64,000 nt of DNA from a virus (lineage: Duplodnaviria > Caudoviricetes): positions 29,692 through 93,691 of the IMG/VR virus record IMGVR_UViG_3300044767_000023; one strand, given 5' to 3'. The position numbers were made by a program, and so were the translations under genes. The number at the start of each line of letters is the position of its first letter. Within the stretch, counting starts at the first letter, position 1. Below, piece after piece: positions 39,440-49,006 of this stretch. The notes below the pieces were generated by a model, which ran no database searches, was not told the DNA's origin, and saw only the letters and a list, made by a program, of their open reading frames with translations.

Positions 39440-40734
39440 CGAGCCGCTCGCCGGCCTTCGGCGCGGCCACGACGCTTGGGCGGCGGTGCGTCATCCTCGT
39501 CTTCATCGTCGTCCGTCTGGTCGTCGGCTTCCTCGTCCTCTTCCTCGGGTTCAGCCCGGGCCTTGAGCTTCTTGCGCTTTGGAGCAGGCTCGTCCTCATC
39601 ATCCTCGTCTTCGTCCGCAGGCGCAGCCCGAAGCTTACGGCGGGGGCGGGGCGCGTCGTCCTCGTCTGCGTCATCGTCGTCGTCAGCAACTGCGGCCTTC
39701 TTCTTGCGCTTAGGAGCTGGCGCATCGTCCTCATCCTCGTCCTCATCCGCAGCCCGCAGCTTGCGCCGCTTCGGCGGCGGCGCATCATCGTCATCCTCCT
39801 GGTCGTCGGCATCTTGGTCTTCTTCCTCTTCGTCTTCCGCGGCGCGCAGTTTGGGCCGCTTCTTCTTGGGTGCAGGCTCGTCATCATCCTCCACCTCGTC
39901 GTCGTCGCCGTAGGCCTTGGCGCCCTTCTTGCGCTTCTTGGGCGCGTCATCCTCATCCTCGTCATCCTCCTCGTCCTCATCAAGCTCCGGGTCCCGGCTC
40001 CCGGAGGTCCCGCTCATGATCTTATCGAGGTAGGACTCGGACTTGATCTCGAGACATTTCGGAACGGGATGGGCGGTGATGTAGGCTATTATTTCCGCCA
40101 TCGAGTCCCGGTCGGCGCTGATTGGAGTAGGCGAGTTGGCCAGCATCGGCAGGTAGCGGGTATTGAGTTTAGTGCCGGTGCGCTTGACGCGAATGTCGTA
40201 GCCTTTGCGGTCGTGGTCGATCATCGTCGCCTTGCCGGTCTCGGTATCGTAAATCACGCCGCAGATATCCTTGTAGAGCGTTGGCGGCATGGCGTAGAGC
40301 TGCGGCCGATCCTCGAACTCGCGGGACTTGCGGTCGATCACCCAGCAAACCATCGTCTCGCTCGCGGTGTATTCGCTGGCGCGCTCGGTGTCCTTATCGC
40401 GGCGAGCCTGCTGCGCTTCCTCGCAGATCGGGCAGCGGGTCTCGTTCATCTTGGCGGGGCAAACGTAGCTCCCGCCTTCCATATATTTGTGCACCCAAAC
40501 GACGTAGGCGAAATCATCATGCGGCTTCCAGGTGGCCGGCAAGATGCGGAACCGGTTGTCGCCTTCCTGCAGCTTGCTGAGCTGCAAGTATTTGTCCTTG
40601 AAGATGCCGTCGAACTGCCGGCCGAGCCTGCGCTCCGTCTGCCGCTTGACGAAGTCAGACTTGGCCGGAACGTACTCGAAGCTGCTACCGCGGCCGTTGT
40701 CGCGGCGCATATTCCCAACGCGCTTATTCACCAT
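39436..40734 (-). CDS. gp32-like ssDNA-binding protein with a very long charged C-terminal tail
   Basis: RFRILP, H..CP...CPIC, GYDI...GT...TRY; about 180-aa D/E-K/R repeat tail; AGGAGG RBS. Confidence 0.8.
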   Translation of the reverse strand: MVNKRVGNMRRDNGRGSSFEYVPAKSDFVKRQTERRLGRQFDGIFKDKYLQLSKLQEGDNRFRILPATWKPHDDFAYVVWVHKYMEGGSYVCPAKMNETRCPICEEAQQARRDKDTERASEYTASETMVCWVIDRKSREFEDRPQLYAMPPTLYKDICGVIYDTETGKATMIDHDRKGYDIRVKRTGTKLNTRYLPMLANSPTPISADRDSMAEIIAYITAHPVPKCLEIKSESYLDKIMSGTSGSRDPELDEDEEDDEDEDDAPKKRKKGAKAYGDDDEVEDDDEPAPKKKRPKLRAAEDEEEEDQDADDQEDDDDAPPPKRRKLRAADEDEDEDDAPAPKRKKKAAVADDDDDADEDDAPRPRRKLRAAPADEDEDDEDEPAPKRKKLKARAEPEEEDEEADDQTDDDEDEDDAPPPKRRGRAEGRRAAR

Positions 40735-40738
40735 TCCA

Positions 40739-41275
40739 CTACCTCCTGTTGGTTTCTTGGTCTCGACGCCGGCTGGCGCGAACACCCTCCACGGCCGCAT
40801 CGCGCAATCTGGACTCGGAGCCGCGCACCGGGTCCGCGTAGTAGCTCGAAAGATACATTGAGACTAACTCCTTGAGCATGTCCTTGCGTTGGACATATGC
40901 TTCCTTCAAAGCAATGAGGTCTTCGAGCCGGGAGCTGGCTTGCAATACCGCTCGCGTTGCGGCCTGCACCACCTCAGAAGTTAGCACCATTGCAGTACAC
41001 CGGCCTTCCGTCATCCTTACCTCGCCAGCCTCGGCGTCCTGCCGAATGGCTAGCTCGGTCTCGGCCGAGATGCGCTTGAGGTGGACCTTGGCGCTTTCAT
41101 GTTCCGTCCGGGCCTGGGCAACCGCGCGCGCAATATGGTAGAACAGCTCCGGCTGGTTCCTGCAGTCGGAGTGTAGTGCGTGCTCGTCGATCGGCAACCC
41201 ACCCTCGTACTCAGAATGGGTTGGCGTTGGATCGCGCCGCGGTTGCGGCGCCAGTCGTCGCCGTTCTTCCGGCAT
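40739..41275 (-). CDS. UvsY-like recombination mediator
   Basis: Helical; ID...L...QP..F, A..QRKDML; next to the SSB and RecA genes. Confidence 0.6.
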   Translation of the reverse strand: MPEERRRLAPQPRRDPTPTHSEYEGGLPIDEHALHSDCRNQPELFYHIARAVAQARTEHESAKVHLKRISAETELAIRQDAEAGEVRMTEGRCTAMVLTSEVVQAATRAVLQASSRLEDLIALKEAYVQRKDMLKELVSMYLSSYYADPVRGSESRLRDAAVEGVRASRRRDQETNRR

Positions 41276-41286
41276 GGGGCTGCCTA

Positions 41287-42255
41287 TCAGTTGAAGACGA
41301 TCCGGCCCACCGCGAGCCAAAGCAAAGCGAACTGCTCGGCCTTGGCTTCTTGGCTGAATGAGACGGAGAACTTGTCGAGTACATGCAGCAGGTATTGCGC
41401 GCGGTCATCGTTCTTGGCGCCACGCAAGGCCTTCTGCGCATAGTTCATCGCCACAATACGCACGCCTTCTGGGCTCTCGTCGTTAGTCTGCATCTGGTCT
41501 AGTAGGAAGCTGCACTTAGCCCACTGCAACTTGCCGCCAGCGCAGAGATACCGGCACAACTCAATCGCCTCTACTCCAGCTGCGGCTTTCTCAAGTGCGC
41601 GCTCGGCCGCGTCGTAGTCCGTCTCGCTGCGAACCTTTTCGAGGTAGACCAAGGCCTGCCGGGGGCTGCCGTCAGCCTCTCTAGCTATAAGCTCAACCAC
41701 TCCCTTCGGCAAAGCGATCTCGGCCTTGCCGGCGATGTTTTCCACCAACTCCCGGAGGTCCTCTTCCCTAACCAAGTTCAGGTTGAAGGACATCGCCCGG
41801 GTCTTGATCGTTGCCGGTACTTTCAGCGGGTTGGTGGTGCAGAAAAACCAGTAGACGTGCTTCGGCGGTTCCTCGGTTACCTTGAGCAAGCTTTGCCACG
41901 CCTGCGGGCTTAGGCTATGGCACTCGTCGATGATGATGACGCGCGACGAGCCGCCAAAGGGTTGGTACATCGCCATGTCCTCCACCGCGCGCATGTCATC
42001 CACGCCGGTGAACTTGGACGCGTTGATTTCGCTTAGACCGAACTCGGTGCAGCCCAGGGACTTCGCACAGATGCGCGCCAGCGTCGTCTTGCCTACACCG
42101 CTCGGTCCAACCAAAAGGAAAGCATGGGAGCGCTTGGCTTTGATAGCCTTGTAGAGCGCGGTGACTTGTTCCTCGTTCCCAATCACATCCTTGAAGCGAA
42201 TGGGCCGGAAGCGCGTATGCAGCGAGTCGGTCTCATCGAATGCCGCGTCAGCCAT
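41287..42255 (-). CDS. Clamp loader AAA+ subunit (DnaX/RFC-like)
   Basis: FRP..F.DVIG, GPSGVGKTT, IDECH, LLK..EEPP, GSPR. Confidence 0.92.
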   Translation of the reverse strand: MADAAFDETDSLHTRFRPIRFKDVIGNEEQVTALYKAIKAKRSHAFLLVGPSGVGKTTLARICAKSLGCTEFGLSEINASKFTGVDDMRAVEDMAMYQPFGGSSRVIIIDECHSLSPQAWQSLLKVTEEPPKHVYWFFCTTNPLKVPATIKTRAMSFNLNLVREEDLRELVENIAGKAEIALPKGVVELIAREADGSPRQALVYLEKVRSETDYDAAERALEKAAAGVEAIELCRYLCAGGKLQWAKCSFLLDQMQTNDESPEGVRIVAMNYAQKALRGAKNDDRAQYLLHVLDKFSVSFSQEAKAEQFALLWLAVGRIVFN

Positions 42256-44823
42256 TCACGCTATCTCCCTCCAGCTGTCTTTCCCAACACTCTCATACTT
42301 GCCGACCTCTTCCATCTCTCCCCAGTTAGGACCGACCTTCATCTCGACCTCGAGCGGGACGTTGACCCAATCGAGGTCGATGCGCAGCATCTCGGTGATA
42401 ATCAGTTCCGAATATTCGTCGATCTTCTTATTCGGCATGATGAAGGTTAGGTCGTCGTGGATTTCCATGGTGCAGGGAAGGCCGAGGCGGGCAACCCGGA
42501 CCATGGCGCCGCAGACGATGCGAGACTCGTCGGACTGGATCGGGCTGTTGATGAGCTCGTTATGGATAACGGGAGCCCGGCGGCGGAAGCCGCTCAAGCC
42601 GGTCACATAGCCTAGCTTGTAGTAGGAGCGCACGAGCTGCTCCTGCCATTCCTTGATATCAGGGAACTCCTGCCAGAAGACGCGCTGCACTTTATCCGCA
42701 TCGCGGATATCTATGTGGAGCGAACGGGCTATGGACTTGGGACGGGCGCCAAAGAACGAGGGGAACACAAACTTGTTCTTGGCCTGATGCCGGTGCTTCT
42801 TGAAGAGGGCCTTGTCCTTCTCCGCTGCGCTCAATCCTCCCGGTATCCAGCGTGGGGCTATCTTGGCGATCCTGCCCATCCAATCGGCGTGGATATCGTA
42901 GCGCTCATGGAAGTGTTTGATTAGAGCGGCGTCGCCGCTTTCCATCGCCACGTTGCGGGCCTGGATGCCGGCAAAGTCAAACGCCACGACGGAGTGACCC
43001 GGACCGGCCGACACCTGGGTACGGGCTTCGAGCGCGGCCGGATCGCGTATCGGCCAGTTCTGTGTGTTGGGTTCTTCGCTTGAGGTCCGCCAAGTCCGGG
43101 TTTTGGTGGTGCTGATGATCGGGTGCATGTAGCCATCGTCTTGGACATGCCCATCGCCACGCTGCACCGGTAGGATGTAGGTCGAAAGGATTTTATTGAC
43201 CTTGCGCCAGCGTCGCACGAGCCGGATGATCGGGTCGTCTATTTCCGCCAGCTGGGCTTCATCAACACTAAGCCCATGTCTCTTTTCGAAATCGCTCAGG
43301 CCGAGGACGAGGATCAGATAGCGGCGCACGTCGTCTAATGCGGAAGGCCGGAAAGTGGCGCCAGTGCGGCGCTTGTAAAGCTGCGCCTGTAGGTGACTCT
43401 CGATGGTGCCTTCAATCTTGCGCAGGCTGCGCTCGTATTTGGCCTTGAGCGCTAAGTTGGTTTCCTGGTTTATCGGCACGCCATTCAGCTGCGTCGGGAC
43501 CACCGCAACAGTACGCTCCAACTGGTGCCGGTAGACCTCGATCAAGCCTTCCTCCTTCAAGCGCTTTTCCTGCACGTTGAAGACGAGGCGGGCGTATTTG
43601 GAGTCAAGTGCGTTGTAGCGCAGGACGCTTTCCAGCGGGGCATCGTCGAGTGCGTTGCGGTCTAAGTTGTCGATGCTCTTGATGCTGAAGCCAAAGTATT
43701 CCCTGACGAGGAAATCGAGCGATAAGGTCCATGGGCGCTCGTCGAGGATGTAGGCTTGGCTCGCAGTATCGCCCCAACCGGTGTTCCAGATAACCTCATC
43801 GCCGAACCACATGGCCGACCACTCGACTTCGAATGGGAGCTGGTGGGCCACAAGCCGGCGCTTCTGGCCGCGGCTTACTAGAAACTTGAACAGCAAGTCG
43901 TGGACTATCTTAAGTTGCTTCGGCGTCCAGCCGGTGCGTTTATGGGAAAGCGCGATGCCGACTGCCCGCTTGCTGCCGGCAAAGGCCACGCTCAGCAGCT
44001 TAGTCTTCTTGGCGTAGGGCCTGATGGCATTGGTCTCGTAGTCGAAGCCGCTAACGAACTCCGCATCGAGCTCGGCTAGGAAAGCCTTGAGGCGCTCGAG
44101 GTCGGCCTCGCCGCCGTGCCCGGTGATGATCTCCAACCCGCGCAGGGCTTCCTTTTCGTCGTGGACGACGGGAGCGGGCAGGCGGTCGAGCTCCCGGATG
44201 GCGCGCTTCAGCTGGAACGCCAGCGCAAACTCGTCCTCGGATTGATAGGGACCGGGATGATATTCGGGCTTGTTGTGCAGGATCGCGGCCGGGTGCAGGA
44301 AGGGATAGTACCAGCAGACGTGTTTGCCGACCTTGACCGGAATGCGCCGTCCCGCCCACTTGGTTATTCCGGTTTCCTCGATCAGCCAGTTGAGCGGGAC
44401 GTTGCCGAACCCAAAGATGGCCTCCGGCTTCGTGGCCTCGATATCGCGGATGACCGAGGGGCGGCAGGTCTCAATCTCGATCGGGCCGGGAGTGTTGACC
44501 TTGCCGTGCTCGTCCTTGCCGGGGTAGCAGCGGATCACGTTGCCCCACCGGACTAGCTCCTGCACCGCAGGCGGAAGGTGGCGCTTCGCTAGCTTGCCGG
44601 ACGGGCCTACAAAAGGACGGCCTAGCCGATCCTCCTCCGGGCCGGGTGCCTCGCCCAAAACGTAAATGACCGGCTTGCGCGTGCCGGTCGGCTTCATCTT
44701 GGGGCTGCATATATCGGCGTTATTGAGCGGACATAGTGTGCATTCGTTCTGGTGCAGGAGGTCCTTAGAAAAGCCGGCCGCAGTCGCGAGCGCCACGCGC
44801 CCGCCGAACGGAAAAAAGGACAT
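42256..44823 (-). CDS. Family A DNA polymerase with N-terminal family-4 uracil-DNA-glycosylase domain and 3'-5' exonuclease
   Basis: CTLCPL, GEAPG, GRPFVG, HPAA (UDG); FDYET, YNALD (exonuclease); DFAGIQAR, RHQAK..FVF, IHDD (polymerase). Confidence 0.93.
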   Translation of the reverse strand: MSFFPFGGRVALATAAGFSKDLLHQNECTLCPLNNADICSPKMKPTGTRKPVIYVLGEAPGPEEDRLGRPFVGPSGKLAKRHLPPAVQELVRWGNVIRCYPGKDEHGKVNTPGPIEIETCRPSVIRDIEATKPEAIFGFGNVPLNWLIEETGITKWAGRRIPVKVGKHVCWYYPFLHPAAILHNKPEYHPGPYQSEDEFALAFQLKRAIRELDRLPAPVVHDEKEALRGLEIITGHGGEADLERLKAFLAELDAEFVSGFDYETNAIRPYAKKTKLLSVAFAGSKRAVGIALSHKRTGWTPKQLKIVHDLLFKFLVSRGQKRRLVAHQLPFEVEWSAMWFGDEVIWNTGWGDTASQAYILDERPWTLSLDFLVREYFGFSIKSIDNLDRNALDDAPLESVLRYNALDSKYARLVFNVQEKRLKEEGLIEVYRHQLERTVAVVPTQLNGVPINQETNLALKAKYERSLRKIEGTIESHLQAQLYKRRTGATFRPSALDDVRRYLILVLGLSDFEKRHGLSVDEAQLAEIDDPIIRLVRRWRKVNKILSTYILPVQRGDGHVQDDGYMHPIISTTKTRTWRTSSEEPNTQNWPIRDPAALEARTQVSAGPGHSVVAFDFAGIQARNVAMESGDAALIKHFHERYDIHADWMGRIAKIAPRWIPGGLSAAEKDKALFKKHRHQAKNKFVFPSFFGARPKSIARSLHIDIRDADKVQRVFWQEFPDIKEWQEQLVRSYYKLGYVTGLSGFRRRAPVIHNELINSPIQSDESRIVCGAMVRVARLGLPCTMEIHDDLTFIMPNKKIDEYSELIITEMLRIDLDWVNVPLEVEMKVGPNWGEMEEVGKYESVGKDSWREIA

Positions 44824-44879
44824 AGCTTCCCCTTCTAGGTTGGTCCTAGGGAAACGCAAACGCAAGAAGGTGGGGAGGT

Positions 44880-45971
44880 CTACGCGGTGCTGCAGGAAAC
44901 GAGATAGACGGATTGGCCTTTCGCCATTATGACGCAAGGCCCATGCACCATCATCTTGTCGTAGTCTTCCGCCTTCTTGAGTAGTTTCGGCTCCAGCTTG
45001 ACTTCAAGCCTGCTAGCTCCGTTGTGCGGATAGAGTAGTTCGTCGGTCACTTCCTCGGTATCGGATTTGGACTTCAAGACCATCCGGCCGTTATCGAGGA
45101 TCATGTGGGTGAGCCTGCGTTGCGCGTCGCACACAATGCACGCACGCTCCAACGCTGCATGTAAAGCGCCGGGGACTTTTACAAGTTTAGAAGAGTGGTC
45201 GCGGGGCAGATGGTACGCCACAGTGCCCTCGAAGTTCAAGGGATTTCTACTCTCGAGAAGACGCCCATATAGACTGGTTTGTCCAGCCTTGAAGAGTGCG
45301 TACCTAGTCTGGCCTGCAATCCCAACCTCAAAGTCGCATTGCGTTCTCTTGGCGCGATAGAGCGCGATCATCTGCTCGCAGAACTTGGTCGGAACGATGG
45401 CGCGCGCTTCCAATCGAATAGTTCCGGGAGCGAGCTTGCTGCGGCTTATGGTTGCGCCGTCGGTGGCGTAGAGATCGACGTTGTTTCCCTTGGGCTCAAG
45501 TGTAATACCAAGTTGCTCGATGGTCGAGGTATCTCGGCCGACCGAAATGAGGCAATGGGAGAAAGCGTCAACCAGCGCATCAATCGACTTCATCGAGAGC
45601 GGTTGCTGGCGCGCCTGCTCCGGCATCTTAAAGACGAAGTTAGGCTCCAGCATAGCGAGCCGGAAGTTGGTGCGCCGGCCTTGCTTGACCACAAGCTCGC
45701 TGGTGCTGCCACTCAGCTCAATCTTATCCGGCTTATTCTTGGACGTGGAGGTACTCTTGACCTTGAGTAGTTCCAGAAACTTGCCGGGGACTGCGCCACG
45801 AAACTCGGTCTTCATCGGCACCTGCAGGCCGATCTGGTCGTTGTAAGCCATCAGGTGCGTACCGGTGAACCAGTAGTGCGTCAGCAGCGGAATGAGCTGG
45901 TTGATGGCGAGCGCCGGTTCGACCTTCTCCAGCCTATTGATCAGCACCTGTGGTAACATGGGCTCGGACAT
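44880..45971 (-). CDS. Sliding clamp (DnaN/beta-clamp-like)
   Basis: 363 aa; LMAYND, LYATDG, YGRLL, ALER; adjacent to polymerase and clamp loader. Confidence 0.8.
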   Translation of the reverse strand: MSEPMLPQVLINRLEKVEPALAINQLIPLLTHYWFTGTHLMAYNDQIGLQVPMKTEFRGAVPGKFLELLKVKSTSTSKNKPDKIELSGSTSELVVKQGRRTNFRLAMLEPNFVFKMPEQARQQPLSMKSIDALVDAFSHCLISVGRDTSTIEQLGITLEPKGNNVDLYATDGATISRSKLAPGTIRLEARAIVPTKFCEQMIALYRAKRTQCDFEVGIAGQTRYALFKAGQTSLYGRLLESRNPLNFEGTVAYHLPRDHSSKLVKVPGALHAALERACIVCDAQRRLTHMILDNGRMVLKSKSDTEEVTDELLYPHNGASRLEVKLEPKLLKKAEDYDKMMVHGPCVIMAKGQSVYLVSCSTA

Positions 45972-47124
45972 TCTCTTCTCTCCCTAGTTCCAGAATGCGC
46001 TTGGCGACGGATCGCCCGCGGTGCGCGACATAGCGCGGATTTTCCCAGTCGATCTCGACGCCCACCGGCGGCCGGTTGCTGATCACCTTGCCCTCCATCG
46101 CATACTTCTTAAGTATCTTAGGCCGCTTCTTGATCTCGTAATACGAGAGCAGGTGCAGGTCAGCCTTAGCTTCCAGTAGGGCGGCGCAGCAGTCCGAGTC
46201 ATACGCAGTGGAGAAAACGAAATTCAGATGCTTGGTATTCGGCACCTTGTTGGGAGCTAGCAGCTCCGCCACCGCTCGCTTGTCGCGGTCCATTCCGAAC
46301 GGCAGATGGCGGTCAAAGCGCACATGCACCAAGGCCTCCGACACTCGTTGGTAGTAAACCGCCAGCGCCCGGTAGCGGATGCGATCACTGTAGCGCGCCA
46401 TGCCGACATTGACGCCGACCTCTTCCTCCAGGAAGCGCCGGATCAAAGCTTGGTGCATGGGGCCGTTGAAGTGCACCGAGTCGAACTGGCGATCCTGCCC
46501 ATGCTTGGACACCTGCAGATTGCCGGTCATGGTGATGAGCTCCGGCGGCTTGAGATAGTCGGGGCGGCCGTTAGGAAAGTTCGGCCAGCGCGGAACATAC
46601 ATCTTGCCGTAGGCGGCGGCAATCCTCCAACCGGCGCTGTCCACCGAATAGTACGGATGCAAGCGCAGCTGGTTGATATGCGCGGACCCAAAGCCGTGCA
46701 CCTTGATGAGCGGCTCGCCTTTCTTGTTGGTCACGACCGAGAAGAACTCGTCGAGCCAACGCTCCTGTTCCTCGTTGCGTAGGTTCTTGGCGCTGCTGAT
46801 GCCGATGTAGGTCTCGCCGTCGCGCAGCATCTTGTCGAGCCAGCTGAAGCTTTCCCCTTGGTGGAAGACCGGGAGCGGGCGCAGGCCGGCGTCCTTCATG
46901 CGCTGCAAGTTGGAGTAGGACTTCTTCGCCGAGGCCTCGACTTCCTCGCTCGTGCGCGGATGGTCGATGGAGCCAGGGATCACGTCTAGGTTGACGTAAA
47001 CCCAAATCCACTTCTCCGCCTCCTTGATGAACTTGATGTAGTCCTTTAGACCGATGGTCTTATTGTGGGTCCAGGCGGAATATGCCCCACTGTCGAGGAA
47101 CACCTTCACCTTTGGCTTGGTCAT
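45934..47124 (-). CDS. dpdA: TGT-fold 7-deazaguanine DNA transglycosylase (DpdA-like)
   Basis: FLDSGAYS, NLDVI, PVFHQGE, KVHGFG, SVDS; clustered with folE/queC/queD. Confidence 0.75.
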   Translation of the reverse strand: MTKPKVKVFLDSGAYSAWTHNKTIGLKDYIKFIKEAEKWIWVYVNLDVIPGSIDHPRTSEEVEASAKKSYSNLQRMKDAGLRPLPVFHQGESFSWLDKMLRDGETYIGISSAKNLRNEEQERWLDEFFSVVTNKKGEPLIKVHGFGSAHINQLRLHPYYSVDSAGWRIAAAYGKMYVPRWPNFPNGRPDYLKPPELITMTGNLQVSKHGQDRQFDSVHFNGPMHQALIRRFLEEEVGVNVGMARYSDRIRYRALAVYYQRVSEALVHVRFDRHLPFGMDRDKRAVAELLAPNKVPNTKHLNFVFSTAYDSDCCAALLEAKADLHLLSYYEIKKRPKILKKYAMEGKVISNRPPVGVEIDWENPRYVAHRGRSVAKRILELGREENVRAHVTTGADQ

Positions 47125-47319
47125 TTTAGTGCCTCGTATTCGTATGTTGTAGAGATGACTCCAACCAAGAAAACCGATCTTCGATTTTCCACAACGATCA
47201 CACTTCATAGCGTCATCTCTTCCTTAGCTTGTCAAACTCCCAAGGCCAGATGCCGACTAGAAACTTGATGCCGAACGTGTATATGACTACGCCTATCGTC
47301 AGTCCAATGATCGTGTCAA

Positions 47320-47913
47320 TCATAGCGTCTGCCCTCCCACCGCGTGGTTGACCAGCGCCAGAAACTCGGCGCGCGTTTCCGGCTTGTCGCGGAAGACGCC
47401 ACGCATGACCGAGGTGACCGTGATGGTCCCGGCCTTCTGAATGCCTCGGCTTTCCATGCAGCTGTGACGGGCCTGGAGCACGACGCCAACACCGCGCGCT
47501 TCCAGGCCGTCCATTAGAGCCTGCGCGATGCTTACTGTCAAGCGCTCCTGCACCGTTAGGCGGCGCGCAAAGACTTCGATCAGGCGGGATATCTTGGACA
47601 AGCCTAGGATGCGGTTGCTGGGAATGTAGCCGACGTGTGCCACTCCCCAGAACGGCAGCAGGTGATGCTCGCAGCTGCTCCAAAAGGGCACGCCGAGCTG
47701 CACCACCATCTCATCAAAGTTCTCCGCGCCATCCTCGAACGATTTGAGGATGGCCTTGGGGTCTTGCTTGTAGCCGGATGTGAAATGCTCGAAGGCCTTG
47801 AGCGCGCGTCTGGGAGTTTCGTGTAGGCCTTCGCGGTCGGGATTTTCGCCCAGGTAGAACAGCAGCTCACGGATTAGGTCAGGCGCAAATTGGTCCGCAT
47901 TCCGTTCTGACAT
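47320..47913 (-). CDS. folE: GTP cyclohydrolase I
   Basis: REGL.ETP.R, SCEHHLLPF, GLSK, QERLT, HSCM..RG. Confidence 0.97.
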   Translation of the reverse strand: MSERNADQFAPDLIRELLFYLGENPDREGLHETPRRALKAFEHFTSGYKQDPKAILKSFEDGAENFDEMVVQLGVPFWSSCEHHLLPFWGVAHVGYIPSNRILGLSKISRLIEVFARRLTVQERLTVSIAQALMDGLEARGVGVVLQARHSCMESRGIQKAGTITVTSVMRGVFRDKPETRAEFLALVNHAVGGQTL

Positions 47914-48231
47914 TCTCGCCCCCGTTTACATTGCCGAGTGTATTGCCATGCCGACCATAACACCAAAGGCAAACCAAAAGATGCCTACGCAGACAACTTC
48001 CCACCACTTAAACATCTCCTGGCCCCCAAAAGAAAAAACCCGGCTTGTAGTCGCAGGCCGGGCACCGCGTCTTTCCAACCGTCGTGCGTCACCAACGGTT
48101 AGTCGTATTCCAAAAGGAAAGTGGGAGCCGTACCTACCGCGCGACAACGGTCATCGGTCGTGCTCCCTTGCAGGCATCTGATCGCCTCACCTTGGGCCAC
48201 ACGGCCGGGACGGTGAGCAGCGCCCGCAAAC

Positions 48232-48987
48232 TTAGTCGAGCATGTTGCTCTTCAGCTTGCCGGCCTTTTGCAAAGCCCGCACTGCGGCCCGGAAGCCGGA
48301 AGCCCCGGTGGACAGCGTACTGTCCGAGACCTCGTATCCAGCGGACGCCACCTTCTCACGCAGATCGGTTGCAGACACATTGATGTCCTTGGCCAGAATG
48401 CCGCGAGCGAAGTCGAGGCCCTTTCCACCCTCAACCACCTTGGCCTTCTTCGGCTTGGCGGTCTTCTCGGGTTTAGCGGGAGCTGCCTTCTTGCCCTTGC
48501 CCTTGGCGGCCTTGGCGGCGACCTTGGACTTGGCGGCAGTCCGCTTGCGGGAGGTACTCTCAGCTACATCAGTATGGGTCACTTCTTCATCCTCCTGTGG
48601 TTCATCGTCGTCCTTGTCCACTTCGTCGTCGGCCTCATCGCCGTCGCTCTCGGACTCGGTGCTGGTCCCTTCCTCGTCCTCTTCGTCGGTTTCCTCGGCT
48701 AAGTCAAGCTCATCGTCTTCCGGCTCCGGCTTAGCGGCCGCTTTTGTCTTCTTGCTGTTGGTCTCCTTCTCGGCCGGAAAGTCAGGTATATCCTCGAGTT
48801 TTCGGTCCTTCTCATAGTCCCGAATGGCGTCATCGGACCAGCTGCGAGCCGCCTTAGGCAGCGCCTCATAGTCCTCGTCCTCCAGGGCACTGACCGCCTC
48901 GATTAGCCGGAGGCGGAAGGCGGCGGCGTCCTCGTTCTTTTTGGCCTTGACGCCAGTGGCCTTCTCCAAGTCGCTGCGGATCGTCAT
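48232..48987 (-). CDS. Hypothetical protein with acidic centre and Lys/Ala-rich (histone-H1-like) segment
   Basis: EDDELDLAEETDEEDEE followed by KSKVAAKAAKGKGKKAAPAKP. Confidence 0.75.
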   Translation of the reverse strand: MTIRSDLEKATGVKAKKNEDAAAFRLRLIEAVSALEDEDYEALPKAARSWSDDAIRDYEKDRKLEDIPDFPAEKETNSKKTKAAAKPEPEDDELDLAEETDEEDEEGTSTESESDGDEADDEVDKDDDEPQEDEEVTHTDVAESTSRKRTAAKSKVAAKAAKGKGKKAAPAKPEKTAKPKKAKVVEGGKGLDFARGILAKDINVSATDLREKVASAGYEVSDSTLSTGASGFRAAVRALQKAGKLKSNMLD

Positions 48988-49006
48988 CTATTTCCCCCTC
49001 ACTGGG

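Noticed and set aside
1522-40875. Long plus-strand ORFs (e.g. 1522..2904, 8352..9398, 17412..18458, 34299..35516, 39814..40875)
   Set aside because: Antisense shadows of GC-rich minus-strand genes, with no recognisable motifs
42256-44823. DpoZ / 2-aminoadenine genome suggested by the atypical PolA motif B
   Set aside because: No purZ or datZ in the window; the modification genes present point to 7-deazaguanine and m6A
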